NCBI RefSeq assembly: GCF_900079115.1
Contig: NZ_LT549890.1
Span: 1,680,001 to 1,712,000 of the forward strand
Direction: 5' to 3'
DNA from: Saccharolobus solfataricus
GTDB taxonomy: Archaea > Thermoproteota > Thermoprotei_A > Sulfolobales > Sulfolobaceae
Length of the DNA stretch: 32,000 nt
The first letter of the stretch is position 1. Every line of letters starts with the position of its first letter. The notes under the pieces are model-generated. The model made no database searches, was not told the DNA's origin, and worked only from the letters and a program-made list of their open reading frames with translations. Position numbers and translations under genes: made by a program. Below are positions 17,523 to 25,503 of this stretch, piece after piece.

Positions 17523-18677
17523 CTAGTTTTCTAATGAAGTATAAACAACTCTATTTACAATAAGACCTATTATACCTATTAAAGAAAGTAGAGTAAAGCT
17601 TACCTCATAGTCATGAATAGAAAACAGATAAGCTGTAACTGAAGTAGAAAAGGCTCTTCCAAGTCCTTCTGCCATCCTAGTAAATCCCATTGCCATACCT
17701 ATTTCTTTACTATGATATTTATATGATACTATATAAGAAATTGATAAAATTATTGGATTTAAAATAATTTCACCTAATGATATAAATATTATAAATAGTG
17801 TCAATCCAATTATATTTCCAAGATAGAAAATACTTAAATACGACATAGAAAAGACAAATGAACCTAAAATATACATGTACTTCAAATTTAATTTTATCAT
17901 ATATCTTCCTATGGGTTCTTGAAATAAAGCACTTAATAAACTATTTAAGGAAATAAAATAACCTATTAATAAACTAGGAATTTTAAGAATATTAGTAGAA
18001 TAAACCGTAAAGCCAAAGAGTATTTGTGAAGCTACAAACGCAAATATGAATTGAACTAGAATAATCTCCATTAAATATTTAGATGGTTTAATGAAGTATT
18101 TTCTATTAACTACGTTATTAACGCTTTTTCTATTATCTAATTTATAAACTATAGGTATAGAAATTAAATTTCCTAAACTACCTAAAAGAAGAATAAAATT
18201 CCATCCAAGATAGTAATATAATAAACCACCTATTATAGGTCCGATGACCCAACCTAAATTTATCCCTGCTCTAAATCTAGAAAAAGATAATAAAAGATCT
18301 TTTACAGAGGGAGAACTCAAATTACCAGTAGCTGTAGAAGATGAAGTAATGTATAGCGAATTAAGAAATGCCTGAATACTTAATATTATTATTCCGCATA
18401 CACCATTAGTTAAAAAGAAGCCTAAAAATAATACTATAGACGTTAAAAATAATGAGACTACAATAGTATTTTTTGTTCCTATACTGTCAGCTAGATAACC
18501 AGCTAAAATATAGGATATTACTAATATAGGATAACCAAGAGAATAATATATAATGACTAATAATGATGATAAGTGATAAAAATCATAAAGAGCTATACCA
18601 GTATAAGTCCATATTGCGGTTAATGATGAAAATCTTATAATATTTACAGAAAAAATAATTTTATCTTTCAGAAAAGT
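17523..18677 (-). CDS. MFS transporter (12-TM type); no canonical start codon at the 5' end of the open frame
   Basis: The frame is open from 18677. MFS motif A-like AGYLADSIGTKNTIVVSL lies upstream of the first ATG/GTG/TTG (TTG at 18320). Starting at 18320 would remove about 4 TM helices. Confidence 0.55.
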   Translation of the reverse strand, partial: TFLKDKIIFSVNIIRFSSLTAIWTYTGIALYDFYHLSSLLVIIYYSLGYPILVISYILAGYLADSIGTKNTIVVSLFLTSIVLFLGFFLTNGVCGIIILSIQAFLNSLYITSSSTATGNLSSPSVKDLLLSFSRFRAGINLGWVIGPIIGGLLYYYLGWNFILLLGSLGNLISIPIVYKLDNRKSVNNVVNRKYFIKPSKYLMEIILVQFIFAFVASQILFGFTVYSTNILKIPSLLIGYFISLNSLLSALFQEPIGRYMIKLNLKYMYILGSFVFSMSYLSIFYLGNIIGLTLFIIFISLGEIILNPIILSISYIVSYKYHSKEIGMAMGFTRMAEGLGRAFSTSVTAYLFSIHDYEVSFTLLSLIGIIGLIVNRVVYTSLEN

Positions 18678-19510
18678 TCACCCAATGGATGATGTATGAA
18701 TTTTCCAAAAAATATTTCGCAAAACTGTTTATATAATATAGTATGAAGAATAAACAGATGGAAATACATGTCTACTACACCACTTGGTGCTGCATAATTC
18801 AATTCCTTTCCACCATATGCTATATTTAGAGCCATCCATTTTTTAAATTCTAACTCTATTCTTTTTACTATATTATTATCTAGTTTACCAAAATGTGCTA
18901 TTAATGGAAATCTTTGTTCCGGCACAAATTTAAACTCATCAATAGTATGAAGTAAATTTTCTGATATAGGTGATAGGTCTAATCTTTCAAGCATGAGTAC
19001 TCGATCTAAAGTCTTATCATCCAACGATTCTAAAGCCTTTTTAGGTAATATAGTTATTTCGTTTACATTATCAGGTTTTAAATTAAATCTTAATCTGAAA
19101 CTATTATCATCATTATTTAATAATTTCTTTAATAAAACATTATCATATCTAGGTATTCCCCAAACACTTTTGCTAAATTTTTCGTATTCCTTTGTATGAA
19201 GAATAAGAAAGTGCCAATATAGATCCACAGCGCCACTTGCAGTAAATAACCTTTTAGGGAAAACAATCGTTAATGCTACAAATCGCCTAAATTCTTTTTC
19301 AATCTTTTCAGCTAATTCTCTATCCGCTTTCCCATAATAAATTTTTATAGGCCAAACTTGTTCTGGAGAAAATCTGCGTCCTTTCCATATGAAATTTGAT
19401 GTAATATATGATAGATCATATGTGTCTAAAATTTCTAGCCTCTCTTTTACTTTATCTAATCTTTCTTCTGGAACATATTTACGTAATTTCTCATCATTAA
19501 TAATACTCAC
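18668..19510 (-). CDS. Internally duplicated protein with two GRDP/DUF1399-like (...VD.Y.H..ILHT..Y..F....G) modules
   Basis: aa 27-117 and 173-269 align with each other: LD..DLS.I..N, F.PEQ, IE.EF, SG.VD.Y.H..ILHT..Y..F. Confidence 0.6.
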   Translation of the reverse strand: MSIINDEKLRKYVPEERLDKVKERLEILDTYDLSYITSNFIWKGRRFSPEQVWPIKIYYGKADRELAEKIEKEFRRFVALTIVFPKRLFTASGAVDLYWHFLILHTKEYEKFSKSVWGIPRYDNVLLKKLLNNDDNSFRLRFNLKPDNVNEITILPKKALESLDDKTLDRVLMLERLDLSPISENLLHTIDEFKFVPEQRFPLIAHFGKLDNNIVKRIELEFKKWMALNIAYGGKELNYAAPSGVVDMYFHLFILHTILYKQFCEIFFGKFIHHPLGELF

Positions 19511-19545
19511 AAAATCACCTCTAGAAAAAAATATTTCTCAAAAAA

Positions 19546-19815
19546 TTATTCAAATGGATCTTTATACTCTTCTTCTGGATATTTCTTTTCGTCATAATCC
19601 ACAAATGCACCGCTATACGAATCCCCACATGTCATTGGAGTTTCTGGCCATATGCTAGTATCAATATTTCCAAAAATCTTTATATATAGTTCCCTAGTCT
19701 CTTTATATGCATCCCTAGCTATTGATCTTGTTCTACTATTTGCCGGTATGTGTTCTATTATTTTATATTCTTCGACTTTACTCATTTTCCCTCTAAATAT
19801 AGCTTTGCTAGGCAT
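19546..19815 (-). CDS. Small hypothetical protein (79-89 aa) with an acidic C-terminal tail
   Basis: The ORF lies 35 bp upstream of the duplicated-domain gene on the same strand. The C-terminus reads ...CGDSYSGAFVDYDEKKYPEEEYKDPFE. An alternative start is at M11. Confidence 0.5.
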   Translation of the reverse strand: MPSKAIFRGKMSKVEEYKIIEHIPANSRTRSIARDAYKETRELYIKIFGNIDTSIWPETPMTCGDSYSGAFVDYDEKKYPEEEYKDPFE

Positions 19816-19919
19816 TTTTTTTTAACTATCATAATACATTGAAACTTTTTAGAATAGCATTTTACATCTTTTTCCTTCTCTTAAACAGTTTCTTAATCTC
19901 ACCCAAAGACTAACTAATA

Positions 19920-20165
19920 CTTTTTATCAGTCTAACCATCCTCTTGGCACCCAACCTCAAACCCAAGGAGTATTTAAACGAGAGAACCTATATAGGTTTT
20001 ATTAGCCAGGGAGAGTAATACTCCTCAGCTGGGAGTATGGTCGAGCCTTTGACTGAAGCGAAGTCTTCGGTAAGAGGCGTGACAACCCCTACAGTCGGAC
20101 TGAACATTGTGAAAATATTCACGAATATAGGTGTGACACAAGGGTAGGGGTAATTGGAATAGACG
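19920..20165 (+). mobile_element. 5' non-coding end plus first codons of a second IS110-family element, cut by the ISC1359-like insertion
   Basis: The GC-richer block ends in ...RVGVIGID (gtaattggaatagac), the conserved IS110 N-terminal IGIDV motif, directly at the ISC1359-like terminus. The left limit is a guess. Confidence 0.4.
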
Positions 20166-21526
20166 TCAGTATGGGAATCTCATTTTTTGCGTAAAAAATG
20201 AGATGAATGAAATACAGACAAAATCGAGAGGATGAGAATTTCTGTAGAAAAGTTTGTATATACGAGGGCGAACTTGAACATATGAAGCATGAGAATACAA
20301 CTAAACCGGCGAAGTTCAACCGGGACTTCGCCAGGTCCGCCCTCAAGATAATTTACTCGATCCTCACTAAAATACTTTTCCCTGAGGAACTCCTCAGTGC
20401 CTTGCTTAAGGCGAGTGGGAGCTACCTAAGCAGGTTGGGAAAAGATGGGAGAAGAGCGTTGAGAAAGTTGAACGCGGTTCAAGTTGAGGACGTGAGGGAT
20501 GCGTTGAAGAAAATGGGAAGGATGACGTTAAGGGGAGTCAGGAACAGGAGGGTAGCAGTGGACTTCCATGCCATACCTCAATACCACGCTGACAAGAGTT
20601 TCTTGAGTAGGATAAAGCCAACTAAGGGGACGTCGTGGGGACTGGTTCAAGCTGCGATCTTCCTCCTGGGGAGGACGAGGAGCTTCTTGGACGTGATCCC
20701 AGTGACCGTGAAGAACGTAGCTGAAGGTTTCAAGGCGGTGATGGAGGTAATCGTGAAGGAGTTGGAGGAGGACAAGCTGAGGCTCGTCATGGTCTTCGCG
20801 GACAGGGAGTTCGCGGTGAACGAAGTGATTAGATACCTCTTGGAGTTGGGCTTGGACTTCGTCATATCTGCCAAGGCCCAGATGTACAAGAAGTACAAGG
20901 GGATGTTGCAAGATGTGGATGTGAGTTTTGGCGGAGTTAGATATACTGGATTTCTCTGCGTGAGACATGGGAGCGGAGCTTATCTCATTATCCTGAGGAA
21001 GGAAGACGACAAGATTATTGCCTTCCTCGTGAGGAGGGAGATGGATCTTTATGATGCCATAGTCCTTGCCGAGATGTATAGGGAGAGGTGGGGGATTGAG
21101 AATGTTTTTCGCTCTCTTGAGGAGTTCAGGATCAGGACTAGGACTTGTGACGTGAGGAAGGAACTGGTTCTCGTTCTGCTTTCCTATCTTCTCTTGAATG
21201 TCTGGTTCCTGATCCGTTCTTGGAGGAAGGTAAAGTTGTGGGAGTTCTCGGTCTCCCTCTCGAATCTCCTCGATCGGGAGGTAAGAGTGGAACAAGAACG
21301 CGCGTTCCGTGAAGTGAAGACGTCATTCCCCTAGACTCCAGCTAACCCTATGCACCTCCTTCCAGCTACGTGAAATTAATTCTATATATTTATATTCTGC
21401 TATTGAAAACTGACTTATTAACTGTCATTTTCATAAAATATATGCAGTTATATTTGAATAAAACTGGTGCGGTTCAATCTTACATATATTATCATTTATA
21501 TCAGAAAAATGAGATTCCCATACTGA
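20166..21526 (+). mobile_element. IS4/ISH3-like insertion sequence, 1361 bp (ISC1359-like by size)
   Basis: Perfect 22-bp TIR TCAGTATGGGAATCTCATTTTT at 20166-20187, with its reverse complement at 21505-21526. One long transposase ORF. GC content is visibly above the surroundings. Confidence 0.85.
20207..21334 (+). CDS. DDE transposase (IS4/ISH3 type)
   Basis: 375 aa with VAVDFHAIPQY, VFADREF and the YRERWGIENVFRSLEEF (Y-R-E) signature. The true start may be the internal M26. Confidence 0.8.
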   Translation: MKYRQNREDENFCRKVCIYEGELEHMKHENTTKPAKFNRDFARSALKIIYSILTKILFPEELLSALLKASGSYLSRLGKDGRRALRKLNAVQVEDVRDALKKMGRMTLRGVRNRRVAVDFHAIPQYHADKSFLSRIKPTKGTSWGLVQAAIFLLGRTRSFLDVIPVTVKNVAEGFKAVMEVIVKELEEDKLRLVMVFADREFAVNEVIRYLLELGLDFVISAKAQMYKKYKGMLQDVDVSFGGVRYTGFLCVRHGSGAYLIILRKEDDKIIAFLVRREMDLYDAIVLAEMYRERWGIENVFRSLEEFRIRTRTCDVRKELVLVLLSYLLLNVWFLIRSWRKVKLWEFSVSLSNLLDREVRVEQERAFREVKTSFP

Positions 21527-21958
21527 AGTCAAACATCATCGTGATAGAACCCACCGGAGTATACTCAACGAGACCTTGCCAATACTTCAAAGAAAGAGGA
21601 GTGAAAGTCCTACTAGTCAGCCTTGCTATGGAAAGAAAAGGACATAAGGGGAAAGAAAACAGATTTTTACGACGCAGAAAAACTTGAAAACATGGTAAAT
21701 AATGCTAGAGAATACGTTAACAACCCCTTGAAAGAGTTAGTATCACTCTACCTCTTCATGAAGGATGTGCAAACGAAACAAGAGAACAGGTTAAGGAGAG
21801 CTCTCTTCCTCGTGAGCGACGAGGAGAAGTTGAGCGAGGAGAGATTGGAGAAGTTCTCTAAGGGAGACTTCTCTGACGTAAAACTGTATCAACTGGAATA
21901 CACTGGTACAGTACTACGTGAGATTCAAGTCCTAGCGAGGACACTACTTCAAACACGA
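21527..21958 (+). pseudogene. IS110-family transposase fragment (N-terminal domain), frameshifted and truncated by IS insertions on both sides
   Basis: The reading is ..IIVIEPTGVYS..KERGVKVLLV.. followed, after a frameshift, by GKKTDFYDAEKL... It ends at the IS5 copy 2 terminus (21959). Confidence 0.7.
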
Positions 21959-23167
21959 GACGTTGTCCGATTTGAGCAAAATTAAAAACCATTATAATTA
22001 CAACATCTCAGATTATACTATTCTTCATTATATTCAAGTATAAAAAATAATATAATATGTATTAATAAGGGAAAATACAGATAATTGTACAATTTTGCAA
22101 TAAAATTTATCATAACAACAAGTAAACACGTAAACGAACCTCGTTAATTAACGAGTACCTTCGTCCTAATCCTCGTCGAAAGAATTTCGAGATCACGATA
22201 GAGGTTAAGGAAGAATACCTCCATAACCACTCCCCTTAAGGTTGTAGACGAAGCCTTACCTTCCCTAATCTCAACACCACTACCCTCAACCGGAAGTCCA
22301 GCACTACCAACACCCTTAACTAAGACGTCCTCCCTAAAAATCCAAGCCCTATCGGCCATTAACTTAACGTTATCAAATGAAAAGGCTAGATCCCTCAAAT
22401 TAGCCAATCCAACCTTGAAGCCCCTAACGAAATTAGTCCTCCTTTCCACAAGGTTACAGACCTTAAACCCGAAGTAGGACTTACCGTGCTTCCTACCCCA
22501 ACCCTTATACTTCCTAAAGGCTGTGAAGCTCTTGAGCTTGGAAGTAGTATAACCCATGAGGAGAAAAACGTCATTGAACCCCATCTCCTTAAGGTCAAGT
22601 GAGATCTTCTCAAGACCGTTTTGAAGACTCCTCTTTCCTGGGTAGGCTTCACGGAAGAATGTGTCAATTATGTGGTAGTCCTCGAACCTATCGTTTTTTC
22701 TCTCCCAACTTCAAGTTCAAAGCCCTTTTCCCTATACTCGCTGATCGCCTTGTCCAAAGCCTTGTTTAACTCATCCATCAGTGTTGTTCTCATCGTCTCG
22801 CCCTCTTGAATAACTGTTTGTTGGAGTTTCTTGTAGAAGGAGAATACTGTGCTCTTTGGTGGAATTTTCCCGCCCAAGAAGTCCATAAACCTCTTACTGT
22901 CCCTAATTTCTCCCTCCAAGTTATTCCAAGAGATGTCGAAAATGAGCTTGATTAGGAGGACTTTGAGGAGTGAGATGACGTTCCACTTGGGCTTCTTGGA
23001 GTAAAGGGACTTAAGCTTACTCCTAAACGTTTCTCAAGGGAAGGATTTATCTACCTTGAGTAAGAGGTCCTTTTCAGTTGAAATTGCCTTTACCATAATA
23101 TTATCTCATCCTAATTTCTTATTAATATTACTCATGAATTGCCATTTTAATCAACTTGGATAACGTC
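21959..23167 (-). mobile_element. IS5-family insertion sequence, 1209 bp, copy 2
   Basis: Colinear with copy 1 with a few substitutions. Flanked by ACGA (21955-21958) and GCGA (23168-23171). Confidence 0.9.
22144..23096 (-). pseudogene. IS5-family transposase with the same TGA and frame change as copies 1 and 3
   Basis: TGA (tca on the plus strand) at 23034-23036. T6 run at 22694-22699. Confidence 0.75.
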
Positions 23168-23247
23168 GCGAGGCTTTCATTGGTGAAAGAGCGAACAAGA
23201 GAAGAAAAAGAATTTGAAATAACTCCCCAGTTTACTGAGAAAAAATT

Positions 23248-23475
23248 CTATTTAACCTTCTTTTCTAACTCCTCAACTCTCTTCTTTAACTCTTGAAGTT
23301 CTTTGTTGACTTCCTCTAAACTTATTTTATTTCCTTCTTTTTCCTTCATGTAACACTCAAAAGCGTCTTTTAGCACTTCATAAACGCTTACTTTCCTTTT
23401 CTCAGCTTCATCAACTATCTTCTTCCACAGTTCCTCATCTGGGAAATAAACAGATTTGTAACCAGGTCTTGGCAT
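23248..23475 (-). CDS. RHH-like DNA-binding protein with a C-terminal coiled coil (plasmid/virus-type small regulator)
   Basis: 75 aa. KSVYFPDE (strand) is followed by two helices (LWKKIVDEAEKRK, VYEVLKDAFECYM) and a heptad tail. GAGGT lies 5 nt upstream of the ATG. Confidence 0.55.
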   Translation of the reverse strand: MPRPGYKSVYFPDEELWKKIVDEAEKRKVSVYEVLKDAFECYMKEKEGNKISLEEVNKELQELKKRVEELEKKVK

Positions 23476-23572
23476 CTTACCTCAATATACTTTATTGTAC
23501 TTTAATATAAAAACTTTAATGTACCGCAAATTACCACAAAATTTATATATGTTAAAGTACAATATGGTACAT

Positions 23573-23639
23573 AGCGGGGTCAAATGATGAGCGACTGGCG
23601 GGCTGAATCCTGATGAACATGTTACGAACTGACCCCGCT
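23573..23639 (+). ncRNA. Archaeal C/D box sRNA (2'-O-methylation guide)
   Basis: C box ATGATGA at 23584-23590, 12-nt guide, D' CTGA at 23603-23606, C' TGATGA at 23611-23616, 12-nt guide, D CTGA at 23629-23632. A terminal 7-bp stem pairs AGCGGGG with CCCCGCT. TTTATATA lies at 23542-23549, about 24-31 nt upstream. Confidence 0.8.
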
Positions 23640-23718
23640 ATGTACTTCTTTGCGCTTTATAACTAATAACTTTAATCCTGTCTGGATCCCAAAAATTTTC
23701 GGTGAAAGAGCTGGCTCC

Positions 23719-24956
23719 CACGTGAGAGTGTCCGGAATGTAATTATCTGAACGAATAGATAAACAGAATGATAAATATTAATATTGCCAGAAGGATAGGA
23801 CCTGGATCACCGAGAAAAACTTTATAATGGAAAAATATCAAGACGAGAGGATTTACCTATCGCGCATAGCGTTGCCTGATCGCGAGGAGGCGCGTCTCAG
23901 AGCTGAACGGCTCTACGTCCTGGAGGAGTCCTCCGTTGGATCGCGAGGAACATCTTGATGTTGTAGATCACTCCCAGGACGTGAAGGAAGACGTCGTTCC
24001 TCCAGGTCGTGGTCCCGTAGGGCCTCCAGAACGCGTTCAGGTAGGTGCCGAAGAACTCCACGTGGACCCTCAGGGTAGTGAAGGGCTTCTCCCGCGCTAT
24101 GAGCTGTGTCGGGGAGGGAGAGAATCCCCTGTCCGTGATCTTAATCCCCTTGAGCGGTGACTTGAACCTCTTGTCCGAGAAGTTGGCCGGCTTCACCGTG
24201 ATGGACCTCACGAAGAGGGAGACGGAGATCACGGCCACTGCCTTGAGCCCGTAGTGCGAGACCCCTCTCTTCTTGGTCCACCTTCCCTCGAACCTCCTCT
24301 TGGTTCTCCCCAGGGAGAGCAGCTTCCTGGCCCTCTCCAGGTTACCTTCCCTCCTCTCCAGCTCCGCCTTCTCCCGAAAGGTCTCCACGCTCCTCTTCCC
24401 AGGAGGTAAGTCCAGTAGGAAGGAGTCCACTAGCCACGCCATGAAGTCCACGAGATGCGCGCTCGCAGGGAGGTAACTGGGTAGGCACTTCTCCTCAAGC
24501 TTGAAGGAAATCTCCAACAACTTCTTCCTCACCCCGTACAACCTGCCCACGAAGTCGTGCAGCGTGCTCTTCCCCACCTTCCTCCCCACGAACCAGGCCA
24601 CGACCACGTTCACGTTGACCATTTTCACCGCGTCCCTATAGGAGCAGGAGTAGAGCACCATGACGATTAACAACTTCAGGTAAACCAGCGCGCCCTCGCC
24701 AAGAACCCTCTCCAAATCCATAGCGTCCAGCACGGGCTTGATCTCCGTTAACCATTTTTCCCTCCACGGCATATCCTCTATTGGGGGAAGAGGGTAGTAC
24801 ATCAAGTTTGGTATGTGTCTTAATGTTCTTGCCATGGTACTACCCTCTACTCCCATAACTTAAGTGTTACTCCAATTTAATCCAAGATAATGCTAAAAAT
24901 CAATTTATTCTTGTCAATAAAAATTCAATTTTTTACATTCCGGACACTCTCACGTG
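23719..24956 (-). mobile_element. IS5-family insertion sequence, about 1234-1238 bp (ISC1234-like by size), GC-rich
   Basis: Perfect 24-bp TIR CACGTGAGAGTGTCCGGAATGTAA at 23719-23742, with its reverse complement at 24933-24956. The exact ends are ambiguous because the CACGTG tips are palindromic. Confidence 0.85.
23897..24856 (-). CDS. IS5-family DDE transposase
   Basis: 319 aa. DUF772-like N-domain (LKLLIVMVLYSCSYRDAVKMVNVNVVVAWFVG...STLHDFVGRL), HYGLKAVAV..ANFSD, ITDRGF and RVHVEFFGTYLN. Confidence 0.75.
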   Translation of the reverse strand: MGVEGSTMARTLRHIPNLMYYPLPPIEDMPWREKWLTEIKPVLDAMDLERVLGEGALVYLKLLIVMVLYSCSYRDAVKMVNVNVVVAWFVGRKVGKSTLHDFVGRLYGVRKKLLEISFKLEEKCLPSYLPASAHLVDFMAWLVDSFLLDLPPGKRSVETFREKAELERREGNLERARKLLSLGRTKRRFEGRWTKKRGVSHYGLKAVAVISVSLFVRSITVKPANFSDKRFKSPLKGIKITDRGFSPSPTQLIAREKPFTTLRVHVEFFGTYLNAFWRPYGTTTWRNDVFLHVLGVIYNIKMFLAIQRRTPPGRRAVQL

Positions 24957-25095
24957 AAAGTAAACAGGATTAACAAATATGTTAATCTTGAGGGGAGGGG
25001 TTAAGCAAAAGAATTTTTGATTGCGTTTAAGGATATGTACAGTTCTGTTAATCCTACCTAAGGTTTATTAATGAGATTTTTACGATAAAATAATT

Positions 25096-25317
25096 GTGCA
25101 AAAACTTCAAAATACTGAGAAAATATTGATAATATTATCTCATGGATGTGCTACTTTAGAGCGTTTAGAGGAAAAGACTGGAATACCAAGAGAAGAGCTA
25201 CTAGTTTACCTGACCAGACTGTATAATAGGGGGTTAATCTATAGAAAGTGGCAAAAATATGGAGGGAAAAAGTTCAGGGAATATTGTTTAAAAAACAGAG
25301 ATGAGATTTTACGTTAA
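25096..25317 (+). CDS. Small winged-helix DNA-binding protein
   Basis: 73 aa with a GTG start. The pattern ILIILSHGCATLERLEEKTGIPREELLVYLTRLYNRGLIYRK is helix-turn-helix plus wing. Confidence 0.5.
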   Translation: MQKLQNTEKILIILSHGCATLERLEEKTGIPREELLVYLTRLYNRGLIYRKWQKYGGKKFREYCLKNRDEILR

Positions 25318-25465
25318 CCGGGGAGTTAACGGAGAAACCCTCTTTCCTTTCAACTAGAACTTGAAATTCCATTTTACATTACTCATTTTTTGCATTATTA
25401 TAAACAAGTAAACCGGAAAACTTGACGAGTTTCCAAAACGTTTCTGAGAAAACAAAACAGCTCTC

Positions 25466-25503
25466 TCGAGCCCGTGACCTGGGTTCAAATCCCGGCCGCG
25501 GCA
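25466..25503 (+). other. tRNA 3'-half remnant (variable region, T-arm, acceptor 3' strand): att-like footprint of an integrative element
   Basis: The T-arm is CTGGG-TTCAAAT-CCCGG, followed by CCGCGGC-A. Upstream sequence cannot form anticodon or D arms, and no matching 5' half (GCCGCGG...) occurs in the window. Confidence 0.65.

Noticed and set aside
18993-19658. ORFs 18993-19199 and 19389-19658 (plus strand)
   Set aside because: They are antisense to the 280-aa and 89-aa genes.
20119-21334. Minus-strand ORFs 20119-20346, 20528-21295, 20647-20898 and 21138-21326
   Set aside because: They are antisense within the ISC1359-like element. The plus-strand ORF carries the DDE/YREK-type motifs, and long mirror ORFs are expected in the GC-richer element.
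21370-21687. 105-aa plus-strand ORF
   Set aside because: It is a chimera that starts in the non-coding right end of the ISC1359-like element and reads across the junction into the IS110 fragment. Only the part after 21527 is real coding remnant.
23936-24476. Three plus-strand ORFs (23936-24160, 24045-24254, 24273-24476)
   Set aside because: They are antisense inside the GC-rich ISC1234-like transposase gene.
25440-25503. Intact tRNA gene
   Set aside because: Only the T-arm and 3' acceptor strand are present. Upstream bases cannot form anticodon or D arms or pair with CCGCGGC, so it is annotated as an att-like remnant instead.
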